From NCBI GenBank assembly GCA_000146045.2, contig BK006945.2, forward strand, positions 320,001 through 384,000: a DNA stretch of 64,000 nt, written 5' to 3'. Below are positions 44,116 through 53,998 of the stretch, piece by piece. The translations under genes were made by a program, and so were the position numbers. The DNA comes from TPA_inf: Saccharomyces. Taxonomy: Eukaryota. The notes below the pieces were generated by a model. That model was given only the letters and a program-made list of their open reading frames with translations, searched no databases and was not told the DNA's origin. The first letter of the stretch is position 1, and the number at the start of each line of letters is the position of its first letter.

Positions 44116-45330
44116 ATGGGAAGTTTGTTGAGACCGGTTGATCTGGTAAATCAACCGCTTGGATTCCAAGAAAGATATAAAATTTTGCAGAAATTATTCA
44201 AGCAGCTACAAAAGGCATATGCACACACAAAAGGAACTAATATTGACCTTGAAAGACTTGCCACTCGCTTAGAAGTCCATGTTGCTAAAAACAGCTTGTC
44301 TGGTCAGAGTTACAAGTTTAACATGAGCATTTTACTGCGGGATGTGCTTAAATATAAAGGAGATCTCTCGAAGATCAAAATTAATGGGCGCCCCCTTAAA
44401 GGAGCTAAGCCTCATTTATCCTCAATTGGTAATGCAAACTCTATCACTACAAAATCAAAAGCGATGGAAGCTTTAAAGGCTCTGATTTTGGATTCGAAGG
44501 TCTTAGAGAAAAATGGGTATATTGTTAAGGAAATGCAAAATAAAACTAATGATGACAATAGTACGCAACTGTATGCACCTTGTTTGCGTTGCAGCTCAAA
44601 TTTCAAAAAAACAGACATCATGGAAAAGACTCTATGTAGGTATCACCCTTTGAAAAGAATATACAACAGAGATACCAAGAACCATCAGTATCCATGCTGT
44701 GGTGAAACTACTGATTCCGTTTCTTTTCTAAGGCTAGGATGCAAGACGTTTTTTCACCATGTGTTTAGAGGAGAATCATATGACGAGTTATGCAAAATTT
44801 CGAAGTTTTCTAGTACAGATGACATTGATGGTGTTGAGAATGTTCTTTCTCTTGACTGTGAAATGGCTTTTACATCATTGGGCTATGAGATGATACGTTT
44901 AACAATTGTGGATTTTTTCACCGGCAAGACACTATTTGATCATGTAATTCAGCCAATAGGGGATATTGTCGATCTGAATTCAGACTTCAGTGGTGTCCAT
45001 GAGATTGACCGAACCAATTGCCCGACGTACAAGGAGGCACTTGATGTTTTTTTATCCGAAAACTTAATAAATAAAAATAGTATTCTTATAGGGCACGGAC
45101 TAGAGAACGATCTGAACGTCATGAGGCTATTTCATAATAAGGTTATAGATACTGCAATACTTTATTCAAGAACAAAGTTTAAGGTTTCTTTGAAGAACTT
45201 AGCGTTTGAAGTTTTGAGTAGAAAAATCCAAAATGGCGAGCATGATAGTTCTCAAGATGCAATAGCAACGATGGACGTTGTTAAAGTCAAAATAGGTATT
45301 TCTCCAAGTCAAAACAAGTGGGAAAAATAA
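44116..45330 (+). CDS. REX3: DEDDh-family 3'-5' RNA exonuclease (RNase T/D-like)
   Basis: The 404-aa ORF has a C-terminal exonuclease domain with LSLDCEM (DxE motif), HGLENDL and HDSSQDA motifs typical of DEDDh exonucleases. Confidence 0.85.
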   Translation: MGSLLRPVDLVNQPLGFQERYKILQKLFKQLQKAYAHTKGTNIDLERLATRLEVHVAKNSLSGQSYKFNMSILLRDVLKYKGDLSKIKINGRPLKGAKPHLSSIGNANSITTKSKAMEALKALILDSKVLEKNGYIVKEMQNKTNDDNSTQLYAPCLRCSSNFKKTDIMEKTLCRYHPLKRIYNRDTKNHQYPCCGETTDSVSFLRLGCKTFFHHVFRGESYDELCKISKFSSTDDIDGVENVLSLDCEMAFTSLGYEMIRLTIVDFFTGKTLFDHVIQPIGDIVDLNSDFSGVHEIDRTNCPTYKEALDVFLSENLINKNSILIGHGLENDLNVMRLFHNKVIDTAILYSRTKFKVSLKNLAFEVLSRKIQNGEHDSSQDAIATMDVVKVKIGISPSQNKWEK

Positions 45331-45809
45331 TGTGATCATATTCAAAGTTGAGCAGACATATATAGTTATTACATTTCATACGGTTCACATGAGTTTTATT
45401 AAGTAATTACGTTAAGAAACAACATGATAAAAGTAATGATTTCGTATTGCTTTCCTATTTTCTGTATTTAAGCGAACAATAATAATGCACCTTTTCAATA
45501 TCTGAATATTAAAATATCGTGAAATTGGGTTCAGGATGTACCAAACTTGATGATAGCTGAAGCACCATAATCCTATTTAAAGAAGTACCTGTTATCCGTC
45601 AGTAATTACCAGAACAAGTTAATTTTAAGTTTAATCTAAAAAAGTATTGCATGCGGCATTAAAAGACAACATAAAACATCTAAACGGTAAAGTATGATCG
45701 ATAATTCTCCATAATAGTTCTGTTATTTATAATCTCCAGCACTAATAAATGCTATACGTATATTTGTACACAATATAATTTCAGAATTTATATTGCTACC
45801 ATGACTGTC

Positions 45810-46134
45810 TGAGAATTGGGGGAATAACTTGATAATTGTTGGGATTCCATTGTTCGTAAACGCAATAATATTAGGTATATAGAAGATACTAAATGTTCTC
45901 TCCGAGGATATAGGAATGCTCACAATGGAATCGATATATTTCTACATAATAGTATTGAGATTATTCCTCTTTTAGTTTTATATAATTCATTATCCTATTA
46001 CATTATCAATCCTTGCATTTCAGCTTCCATTAGACTTAATGACTGTTTCTCAATTTTTATGTCATCTTCCTGGACCTCATGTGATACTATACCAGTAGCA
46101 TGAATACTACTGAATCGATGATACTTTAGAGTTT
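45810..46134 (-). mobile_element. Solo Ty1/Ty2 delta LTR (diverged, about 325 bp), reverse orientation, about 100 bp upstream of SNR6
   Basis: The plus strand reads TGAGAATTGGGGGAATAACTTGATAATTGTTGGGATTCCATTGTTCG...TATAGGAATGCTCACAATGGAATCGATATATTTCTACATA...CATTATCAATCCTTGCATTTCAGCTTCC...TTTCATTGCAACA. This is collinear with the reverse complement of the delta consensus from ...CCCATTTCTCA back to TGTTGGAATAGAAA. Confidence 0.75.
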
Positions 46135-46204
46135 CATTGCAACAGTTTCAACACAGCCTGGCATGAACAGTGGTAAAAGTATTTCGTCCACTATTTTCGG
46201 CTAC

Positions 46205-46212
46205 TATAAATA
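46205..46212 (+). promoter_or_regulatory. TATA box (TATAAATA) at -30 of SNR6
   Basis: Read directly from the sequence. The spacing to the U6 5' end at 46235 matches the known SNR6 upstream TATA element. Confidence 0.55.
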
Positions 46213-46234
46213 AATGTTTTTTTCGCAACTATGT

Positions 46235-46346
46235 GTTCGCGAAGTAACCCTTCGTGGACATTTGGTCAATTTGAAACAATACAGAGATGATCAGCAGTTC
46301 CCCTGCATAAGGATGAACCGTTTTACAAAGAGATTTATTTCGTTTT
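46235..46346 (+). ncRNA. SNR6: U6 spliceosomal snRNA gene (RNA polymerase III transcript, 112 nt)
   Basis: GTTCGCGAAGTAACCCTTCGTGGACATTTGGTCAATTTGAAACAATACAGAGATGATCAGCAGTTCCCCTGCATAAGGATGAACCGTTTTACAAAGAGATTTATTTCGTTTT. It contains the invariant ACAGAGA box and AGC triad and ends in a T-run Pol III terminator. Confidence 0.92.
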
Positions 46347-46466
46347 TTTTTTATCATCGAGTGAAGTATCGTGACTTGTACATTTGAAGATACCCAGCGT
46401 ACAGCAGTGTATCTTTATCTTCCTGTATGATATAGATAACTAACATCTCGAATAGAAAATTGTCTC

Positions 46467-46477
46467 GCGTTCGAACC
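46467..46477 (+). promoter_or_regulatory. SNR6 downstream B-box (TFIIIC site) about +234 relative to the U6 5' end
   Basis: GCGTTCGAACC matches the GGTTCGANNCC B-box consensus. It lies about 120 bp downstream of the U6 terminator, which is the unusual extragenic B-block position known for yeast SNR6. Confidence 0.6.
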
Positions 46478-46666
46478 TAAGCCTTTGCTATCGGTTGAAC
46501 ATAGAAGACCGCGTGATTCATTTTAGTGCGTAAGAATGCTATTAGTACTTATGTGCTTTATGAATGTGAATATTGTTACAGCTATGCAATGGTACGATCA
46601 TACTCTGAACGATCCATTTAAATTATATATGTCAAACAGAAGAGAAAGGTTTTTTTATTGAAGATT

Positions 46667-48124
46667 TCACAGAAAATCAATCATTTTGCAATATTCCTTC
46701 GTCCCAGAGAAGGTTTCGGCTTTTACAGCAACGAGAATGATTCTTCCATTATTTGTACCTAGCTTCCACATGGATTTCGATAAGTGTAGTTTCAAACCAT
46801 GAACGCAATTCAAAACTTTCAAATTGGTGCAATCCAAGACCCTCCCTTTACATTTGGAGTCGTTAACTAATGAGAAAATATTACAGCATTTTGCGCCATT
46901 TACCGTCAAGTCACAAATGGAGACACATGCAGGAATAATTAAGTGGGATTCAACTTGCATTTGACTGTCACGAAGTTTGACCTTATATTCGGACAGATCA
47001 ATTTTAAAATCTGGGTTTTCCAATAAAACATCCGAGAACTTGTTTTCAAACAACACTGCAGCCTCTCTGGATAGGTCTACATGAACAGTCTTATTCTTTT
47101 TGTTGAATATTATTTTGCACTGGTTAGAGTGTAATTGGAAAATAAGATCGTGCGAAACTGTATCGATATAAGGCCTTTGGTATTTTAACATGCTCCAGTG
47201 TCTTTCAATACAATGTTTTACCTTTTTTGTTGGAGGTTCATATTCATCATTGTTGCCTGAATCAGTCTCGGTTTTATGAAATCCAGTAGCGGCTTTTTCA
47301 CCCTCAGTTCCATTGAGACAACTGCTTACCGCTAAAGATTGGTTTCCGGTATGAAGTGATGTTAACCTTTCAATGGTTACACCCTTCTTGGAGACGCTAT
47401 CAAGAGCTATGCAAACTTCTTGACAATTAGTTAAGGGATTATATATAATTTTTGCCCGCACTAATTCCTGCTCCAACCTGTTGAGACGGTAATAACGACA
47501 CTCTTTTATCAGAGATGCGGTTCTTTCCTCAGACAGTTCTAATTTGGAACCGCCCAGTAAAGATAATATATCTCGGAAAAATTCTGGGGACCTTGCAATA
47601 TATGAGGGTGGTAATAAAGGTGGAAAGCCCGGCTTCTTATTTGACTCCCACTTCTCAATTTCCTCATAAGATATGCGAGAAATCGTTTCAAAATAGTTCA
47701 ACCGGTTCCCTTCTTCATGGAATAATGATTTTGGTACCTTAAAGGGAACACCTCCAATATTAGTGAAGTGGTAGTCGTATTCTTTTATGAGTTTAACTAA
47801 CTTGGGTAACTGAAAATATAATGCGTCCGCGAAAAGACAGGTAAATTGTACTTCGTTCTTAATATCGGGAAAATAACCTTGTAAATGTCTGTATATTATG
47901 ATGAACACGTCTTCCGATCTATCAACAAATAGAATCGTATTTTTATCGTGCGTATTGAAGAATTGGGTGAAAAAATTGGGCGCATCCGAATTCAATGTAG
48001 CACCTGAGATCTCAAATAGCTTTTGGCCAATCCTAATCTTGAAAACTTCATGGTTTGGTAAAAGCTCGGGGGTAGTTTCTAACTCTTTTGTATAAACCAC
48101 GATCTCGCCCTTTTGGCCAGACAT
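46667..48124 (-). CDS. Uncharacterised protein with N-terminal KCTD-like BTB/T1 (potassium-channel tetramerisation-type) domain
   Basis: The 485-aa ORF (YLR108C by position) has an N-terminus FKIRIGQKLFEISGATLNSDAPNFFTQFF...ILFVDRSEDVFIIIYRHLQGY that fits the BTB_2/T1 pattern (V.L.VGG..F......L......FF..........FIDRD...F..IL.YLR.G). Confidence 0.8.
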   Translation of the reverse strand: MSGQKGEIVVYTKELETTPELLPNHEVFKIRIGQKLFEISGATLNSDAPNFFTQFFNTHDKNTILFVDRSEDVFIIIYRHLQGYFPDIKNEVQFTCLFADALYFQLPKLVKLIKEYDYHFTNIGGVPFKVPKSLFHEEGNRLNYFETISRISYEEIEKWESNKKPGFPPLLPPSYIARSPEFFRDILSLLGGSKLELSEERTASLIKECRYYRLNRLEQELVRAKIIYNPLTNCQEVCIALDSVSKKGVTIERLTSLHTGNQSLAVSSCLNGTEGEKAATGFHKTETDSGNNDEYEPPTKKVKHCIERHWSMLKYQRPYIDTVSHDLIFQLHSNQCKIIFNKKNKTVHVDLSREAAVLFENKFSDVLLENPDFKIDLSEYKVKLRDSQMQVESHLIIPACVSICDLTVNGAKCCNIFSLVNDSKCKGRVLDCTNLKVLNCVHGLKLHLSKSMWKLGTNNGRIILVAVKAETFSGTKEYCKMIDFL

Positions 48125-48285
48125 CTGATATGAGCGTGCGTGTGAGTGACTTTACACTTGTCTATCCACGTCCTGAAGTTGTTCGTGTTCTTTGGATATT
48201 CGTGTTCAAGCTAATAATGAGCCTTTAAGGTAATACAATTTATAAACCACCACCTTGGCCTCGATCTATTGCGCTTATGTTGTCT

Positions 48286-48292
48286 ATTAGTA
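48286..48292. promoter_or_regulatory. Yap1 response element (TTAGTAA = TTACTAA rc) in the AHP1 upstream region
   Basis: This is an exact match to the YRE core, about 490 bp upstream of the AHP1 ATG. AHP1 is a thiol peroxidase expected to be Yap1-responsive. Confidence 0.35.
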
Positions 48293-48352
48293 ATCAAGAA
48301 AAGAACCCTAAATCATCGGCGTCCCCTGTGGGGCTCTCGGAAAAACCGGTCC

Positions 48353-48360
48353 TGACGTCA
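48353..48360. promoter_or_regulatory. Palindromic CRE-like TGACGTCA (bZIP ATF/CREB-type site, e.g. Sko1/Aca1/Cst6 class)
   Basis: This is a perfect 8-bp palindrome, about 420 bp upstream of AHP1. Confidence 0.3.
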
Positions 48361-48780
48361 CTGAAAAGATTTCGGCACATGGTCATGGGACCAGAGAAAA
48401 ATTAATCCGACATGTGGAATATTTCCTTCCGTTAAGGTAGTGAGCGCGGATTTTTTCTGATTTGTAATTATACGGGGAGCTCTGGCCAAAAAGGTCAGTA
48501 TTTGGTGATGAAGTTGAATATCATCTTTTGATTTTCTTCTGTATCATTCTTTTTCTTTTTCCACACCCCTTCCGGACGGTATTCACATATTGTTGAGAGG
48601 TTAAATGAAAAATAAAGGGGTGGAAAATTAAGGACGAGATGTAAGGGAAAAGCATAAACGAAACATTATATAAAGGAGCACAATTTCCTCTCCCTTGCCA
48701 ATTGTGCATATACCGTTTCTTTATAACGAAATTTCAACAAACCAGAACAACACAAGTACTACCAATAACCACAACAAAAC

Positions 48781-49311
48781 ATGTCTGACTTAGTTAACAA
48801 GAAATTCCCAGCTGGCGACTACAAATTCCAATACATTGCTATCAGCCAAAGTGATGCTGACAGTGAATCTTGTAAGATGCCACAAACAGTTGAATGGTCC
48901 AAATTAATTTCTGAAAACAAGAAGGTTATCATTACCGGTGCTCCAGCTGCTTTCTCCCCAACCTGTACTGTCAGCCATATTCCAGGTTACATCAACTACT
49001 TGGATGAATTAGTTAAGGAAAAGGAAGTTGACCAAGTGATCGTTGTTACTGTTGACAACCCGTTCGCTAACCAAGCGTGGGCTAAGAGTTTAGGTGTTAA
49101 GGACACCACACACATCAAGTTTGCCTCCGACCCAGGCTGTGCTTTCACCAAATCCATTGGTTTCGAATTAGCCGTCGGTGACGGTGTTTACTGGAGTGGT
49201 AGATGGGCCATGGTTGTTGAAAACGGTATCGTTACTTACGCTGCCAAGGAAACCAACCCAGGTACCGATGTGACCGTTTCCTCAGTCGAAAGTGTCTTGG
49301 CTCATTTGTAG
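48781..49311 (+). CDS. AHP1: Thiol-specific peroxiredoxin, Prx5-type alkyl hydroperoxide reductase
   Basis: The 176-aa ORF has the peroxidatic Cys in the PAAFSPTCT context. Strongly biased codon usage indicates a highly expressed gene. The upstream TATATAAA is at 48670-48677. Confidence 0.9.
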   Translation: MSDLVNKKFPAGDYKFQYIAISQSDADSESCKMPQTVEWSKLISENKKVIITGAPAAFSPTCTVSHIPGYINYLDELVKEKEVDQVIVVTVDNPFANQAWAKSLGVKDTTHIKFASDPGCAFTKSIGFELAVGDGVYWSGRWAMVVENGIVTYAAKETNPGTDVTVSSVESVLAHL

Positions 49312-49696
49312 ATGCTATGTAATAGACAATAAAACCATGTTTATATAAAAAAAATTCAAAATAGAAAACGATTCTGTACAAGGAGTATTTTTTTTTTGTT
49401 CTAGTGTGTTTATATTATCCTTGGCTAAGAGGCACTGCGTATACTTCAAGGTACCCCTGTGTTTTGAAAAAAAACAACAGTAAAATAGGAACTCCGCGAG
49501 GTTCAGGAACCTGAAACAAAATCAATAAAAACATTATATGCGTTTCGAACAAAATTAAAGAAAAAGAATAAATATAGATTAAAAAAAAAAAGAAGAAATT
49601 AAAAGAATTTCTACTAAATCCCAATTGTTATATATTTGTTAAATGCCAAAAAAGTTTATAAAAAATTTAGAATGTATAAATAATAATAAACTAAGT

Positions 49697-50098
49697 TTAC
49701 AACAACAAAGCAGCGGCACCAGCCAACAAAGCACCAGCAGCTGGCAAAGCCTTAGCAGCAGCACCAGTGTAAGAGGTGACAGAGTGAGTTGGAGCAGCAG
49801 AGGTGGTGTTCTTTGGAGCTTCAGTAGAGGTAACTGGAGCAGCAGTAGAAGTACCGTTCTTTGGGGCTTCAGTGGTCAATGGGCACCAGGTGGTGTATTG
49901 AGTGATAACGTCATCGACGGTGACGGTAGCGGTGGAAACCAAAGCTGGGGAGACAGTTTCAGAACAGACGTGGTCTTCACAAGAAGTGATGGTGACCAAA
50001 GTGGTAGATTCTTGGCTGACAGTAGCAGTGGTAACGTTAGCAGCGGCAGAAGCGACAGCGGCGACAGCGGCGATAGAAGCGACAGTAGAAAATTGCAT
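49697..50098 (-). CDS. CCW12: GPI-anchored cell-wall mannoprotein with N-terminal signal peptide, Ser/Thr/Ala-rich body and internal repeat (TEAPKN x2)
   Basis: The 133-aa ORF has the signal MQFSTVASIAAVAAVASA and a repeat TTEAPKNGTSTAAPVTSTEAPKNTTSAAP. Its C-terminus ends in a hydrophobic GPI signal ...GAAAKALPAAGALLAGAAALLL. Codon bias is extreme. The minus-strand TATATAAA is at about 50222-50229, about 125 bp upstream. Confidence 0.9.
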   Translation of the reverse strand: MQFSTVASIAAVAAVASAAANVTTATVSQESTTLVTITSCEDHVCSETVSPALVSTATVTVDDVITQYTTWCPLTTEAPKNGTSTAAPVTSTEAPKNTTSAAPTHSVTSYTGAAAKALPAAGALLAGAAALLL

Positions 50099-50390
50099 TA
50101 TTGATATAGTGTTTAAGCGAATGACAGAAGATTAATTTCTTGGTATGTTAGGAAAGAATAAAGGAGAATAAGAATAATTAGAACAATGTAGGATGGAAAG
50201 AAAGATTATCAAGCATGCCGACTTTATATACTTGAACGGAGGCAAAGGATGCAAAATTTTCTCACATTTCTTTCTGCCGTTATGTTGGAAGTAAGACTCC
50301 CATTATCGCAATACTGCAACACGAATATGCAAAATTTGCTGAGTTATCGCAGATAGTTGTTGCAAAGATAGCGGCGTAGGTGGCCGCGAA

Positions 50391-50723
50391 ATGGGGAATT
50401 CCAAAACAAACGGTTTTTTTACTCCTGAGAAATACTTGTACGGGATAATCCAGGGCCTACCACCCACGCTTCGAGGATTGGCTTTTATTTTTTTTTTTTT
50501 GGTGGCGTTTTATTTCTTTCCCGCTTTCTGGGACTTGTGCGGAGTTTTGAGAGGGGCGCGCGGCAAAGGATTCCCAAAACGGAAATCAGACGCCAATAGC
50601 CAGCACTCAAAGCAGTTCTGGACCCATTCCGATTTTCCCATTTGGTTCTTGCGCGTGCTGATTCCGACACGCGCGTCTATAAATAGCATGAAGTATCCGC
50701 ACACCGCAGCGTTAGTGAGGTGA
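50391..50723 (+). CDS. Dubious ORF in GC-rich CCW12 upstream region (YLR111W-like); probably non-coding
   Basis: The ORF is 110 aa with no domains. It lies in a promoter-like region of unusual base composition. Confidence 0.1.
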   Translation: MGNSKTNGFFTPEKYLYGIIQGLPPTLRGLAFIFFFLVAFYFFPAFWDLCGVLRGARGKGFPKRKSDANSQHSKQFWTHSDFPIWFLRVLIPTRASINSMKYPHTAALVR

Positions 50724-50781
50724 GGGTGGCAGCAAGCTAATTCCCGCATCTGGAATCTGAACTGCCCCTTTTGGACTAACC

Positions 50782-51210
50782 GTGTGGTTCATGGGTGGGC
50801 GAAGTGCGCAACCTCGAAGGTTTTCTTTTGCGTGTCGGATTTTACATCCGGCGGTAGCGCATGATGCCATGGCTGGCTCCAGATACATCCTCAGGGCACC
50901 AGCATCTATAATTAGATTGGCGCAACATGGCTGGCTGCACTGCTGTCTTCACTTCTTTCTTTTTCCGGCAATGAATGATGTATGTTTTGTGGCAAAAGGG
51001 TCCGCATTGTACCTGTTTACAGTTGAGATTATCGTTTTTGGTAGCCCTTCATTACGGCATAACGTATTAAGTTTCTTTTATTTTGCTTTGCCCTGGTTTA
51101 AAAGACAATGTCGATTAAAAGTTAATTTTAATCGATTGAAGGAAATAAGAGGAATAGCGCAAGTTGTTAGGAAAGCGTTCTTTATCTCCAAGACTTTGCC
51201 CTGTATATAA
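50782..51210 (+). CDS. Dubious ORF (YLR112W-like) in the CCW12-HOG1 intergenic region; probably non-coding
   Basis: The ORF is 142 aa with no domains. The track start may be non-ATG. Confidence 0.1.
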   Translation: MWFMGGRSAQPRRFSFACRILHPAVAHDAMAGSRYILRAPASIIRLAQHGWLHCCLHFFLFPAMNDVCFVAKGSALYLFTVEIIVFGSPSLRHNVLSFFYFALPWFKRQCRLKVNFNRLKEIRGIAQVVRKAFFISKTLPCI

Positions 51211-51619
51211 TTAAACACCTCAAAGCGCTTCGTCATGGATGGAGATTATTCGGCATTTTGACATACAGGAGTGCCACATGCGAAAGCGGAGTGGGCGTAT
51301 TCTCTGGTTACCCTACATGGTCTGGCGGCGTTATTATACGGGAGGATCTTCGAAGGGAAGGAAGGAAAAAAAAAAAGAAAAGGCCAACGAAAAGCAAATA
51401 TTATCTATCGTCGAAATTATCATACTATCTTACAATAAGAGTAGTAATTACTTTCTTGTTTGTATAGTGGAAGAGGAATTTGCGATAATAATAGCAAAAG
51501 TAACTAATCTCTAACAAGAAACCTTATTTATTTTCTCTTTCTTCTATATTGGTAAATACTAGACTCGAAAAAAAGGAACAAAGGGAAAACAGGGAAAACT
51601 ACAACTATCGTATATAATA

Positions 51620-52927
51620 ATGACCACTAACGAGGAATTCATTAGGACACAGATATTCGGTACAGTTTTCGAGATCACAAATAGATACAATGATTTAAAC
51701 CCCGTTGGGATGGGGGCATTTGGGTTGGTTTGCTCAGCCACGGACACTTTGACATCTCAGCCAGTTGCCATTAAGAAAATCATGAAACCTTTTTCCACTG
51801 CAGTGCTGGCCAAAAGGACATATCGTGAACTAAAACTACTAAAACATCTAAGACACGAGAACTTGATTTGCCTTCAGGACATATTTCTTTCTCCATTGGA
51901 AGATATATATTTTGTCACGGAATTACAAGGAACAGATTTACATAGACTCTTGCAAACAAGACCCTTGGAAAAGCAATTTGTTCAGTATTTCCTATACCAA
52001 ATTCTAAGGGGTTTAAAATACGTTCACTCCGCGGGCGTCATTCATAGAGATTTGAAACCGAGCAACATTCTGATTAATGAAAACTGTGATTTGAAGATTT
52101 GCGATTTCGGTCTAGCAAGAATTCAAGACCCTCAAATGACAGGCTATGTTTCCACTAGATACTACAGGGCACCTGAAATCATGCTAACGTGGCAAAAATA
52201 TGACGTCGAGGTCGACATTTGGTCCGCTGGTTGTATTTTTGCCGAAATGATTGAAGGTAAGCCTTTGTTCCCTGGGAAAGATCATGTTCACCAATTTTCG
52301 ATCATCACTGACTTGTTGGGATCTCCGCCAAAGGATGTGATAAATACTATTTGTTCCGAAAATACTCTAAAATTTGTTACTTCGTTACCACACAGAGATC
52401 CAATTCCATTTTCTGAAAGATTTAAAACAGTCGAACCTGATGCCGTAGACCTTTTGGAAAAAATGCTGGTTTTTGATCCTAAGAAGAGAATCACTGCGGC
52501 GGATGCCTTGGCTCATCCTTATTCGGCTCCTTACCACGATCCAACGGATGAACCAGTAGCCGATGCCAAGTTCGATTGGCACTTTAATGACGCTGATCTG
52601 CCTGTCGATACCTGGCGTGTTATGATGTACTCAGAAATCCTAGACTTCCATAAGATTGGTGGCAGTGATGGACAGATTGATATATCTGCCACGTTTGATG
52701 ACCAAGTTGCTGCAGCCACCGCTGCCGCGGCGCAGGCACAGGCTCAGGCTCAGGCTCAAGTTCAGTTAAACATGGCTGCGCATTCGCATAATGGCGCTGG
52801 CACTACTGGAAATGATCACTCAGATATAGCTGGTGGAAACAAAGTCAGCGATCATGTAGCTGCAAATGACACCATTACGGACTACGGTAACCAGGCCATA
52901 CAGTACGCTAATGAGTTCCAACAGTAA
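51620..52927 (+). CDS. HOG1: Osmostress p38-type MAP kinase with TGY activation-loop motif
   Basis: The 435-aa ORF has kinase subdomains ([19 protein letters not shown]) and an activation loop [14 protein letters not shown]. Its C-terminal Ala/Gln tail is [19 protein letters not shown]. Confidence 0.95.
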   Translation: MTTNEEFIRTQIFGTVFEITNRYNDLNPVGMGAFGLVCSATDTLTSQPVAIKKIMKPFSTAVLAKRTYRELKLLKHLRHENLICLQDIFLSPLEDIYFVTELQGTDLHRLLQTRPLEKQFVQYFLYQILRGLKYVHSAGVIHRDLKPSNILINENCDLKICDFGLARIQDPQMTGYVSTRYYRAPEIMLTWQKYDVEVDIWSAGCIFAEMIEGKPLFPGKDHVHQFSIITDLLGSPPKDVINTICSENTLKFVTSLPHRDPIPFSERFKTVEPDAVDLLEKMLVFDPKKRITAADALAHPYSAPYHDPTDEPVADAKFDWHFNDADLPVDTWRVMMYSEILDFHKIGGSDGQIDISATFDDQVAAATAAAAQAQAQAQAQVQLNMAAHSHNGAGTTGNDHSDIAGGNKVSDHVAANDTITDYGNQAIQYANEFQQ

Positions 52928-53768
52928 ACGTGTTTTTTTAATGTCCCTAACCACTCATTCTTACTTCTTTTTGATGTTTCTTTTTTTTATGGTACTCATA
53001 AAAGTATTTACGTATATAGTTGTATAGAGGAAACAAAAAAAAAAAGATAAAACTCAATTACAAAGTAAAGTGGACGTATTTCGATCATGATTTTTTTCTG
53101 TTTTAACCGCATTGGATTTTCTTGTAAAACTGGAAGAAAAAGGAAACTAAAAAGTCAAGAAAGACCTTTTTAAGACTCCAAGAACCGTCACTTATGGCGT
53201 ATTGTTTGTTTATCAGCACTTCTATCTTCGATAAAGGTTTGTCTGTCTTATATTGTTTACATTTCAAGTCTAATTCTGTGCTTTTACCGAAGAGGAATTT
53301 TCATAAATACGGAGAAAATATAAAAAAAAAGTAAATACAGAAAATAGAACAGTTGAAGCAGAAAAAGAGAACTTGCTAAATAGCTGTCTCACCCAGACAA
53401 GCGTATACTTACCACATTTAGTCTTTTGCAATCTCATTCTTGTTGAAGATAACTATTACATTCACGGACTGTGGCAGAAACTTCTCCTTAAGAAATTAGG
53501 AACTCATAAAAGGAATCAGCAGCTCTATGTAATATCAAAATCTTTTCTATTTTTTGTATTTATGCTCTCATTCATTAATTCTAACGGAGCTATTTATTAT
53601 AAACAGTGAAGATATAAACCATATGTCTAATAGAACAAATTTCAAAAAGTCTTCAATTTCGTGGATGTGGGAATGCATTTATTAAAAATAATGAATGGCA
53701 ACATACGACACCAAAATAGGAACACTTTCAGTACTATACAGAACTACGGATCTTAGTTTATTGAGTTT

Positions 53769-53960
53769 TGAGAAATAGGTTGATATGGAGACAATTTCTT
53801 AGCGTTATTAGAGGTTATAAGTATACAGAATAACCTACGAGTAGTCCTCAAGAAGATAAGACTCTGCAAAAGGTATCAATAATTTTACTTAATCATAGCA
53901 CTATTTCTTCTTTCGCTTTGTACAGCAGCTCATATATTCCATTACATTATCAATTCTTAC
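53769..53960 (-). mobile_element. Truncated, diverged delta-like (Ty1/Ty2/Ty4-family) LTR fragment in reverse orientation, abutting the sigma element
   Basis: TGAGAAATAGGTTGATATGGAGACAAT aligns to the delta rc TGAGAAATGGGTGAATGTTGAGATAAT. ...GTATACAGAATA...CCTCAAGAA... aligns to GTATACAGAATATACTAGAAGTTCTCCTCGAGGA. TCCATTACATTATCAATTCTTAC aligns to TCCTATTACATTATCAATCCTTGC. Similarity decays before the sigma insertion. Confidence 0.4.
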
Positions 53961-53998
53961 ATCGTAGCATAAAACACTAAGATTCAAAAATAGAAAAC

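Noticed and set aside
46461-46486. GTTCGAACC initially read as a possible fragment of a tRNA T-arm near the delta element
   Set aside because: No cloverleaf could be built on either strand. Position (+234 from the U6 start) and sequence fit the known extragenic SNR6 B-box instead.
49643-50135. Plus-strand ORFs of 153 and 77 aa overlapping CCW12
   Set aside because: They are antisense to a highly biased, repeat-containing Ser/Thr/Ala-rich gene, a typical artefact of low-complexity coding sequence.
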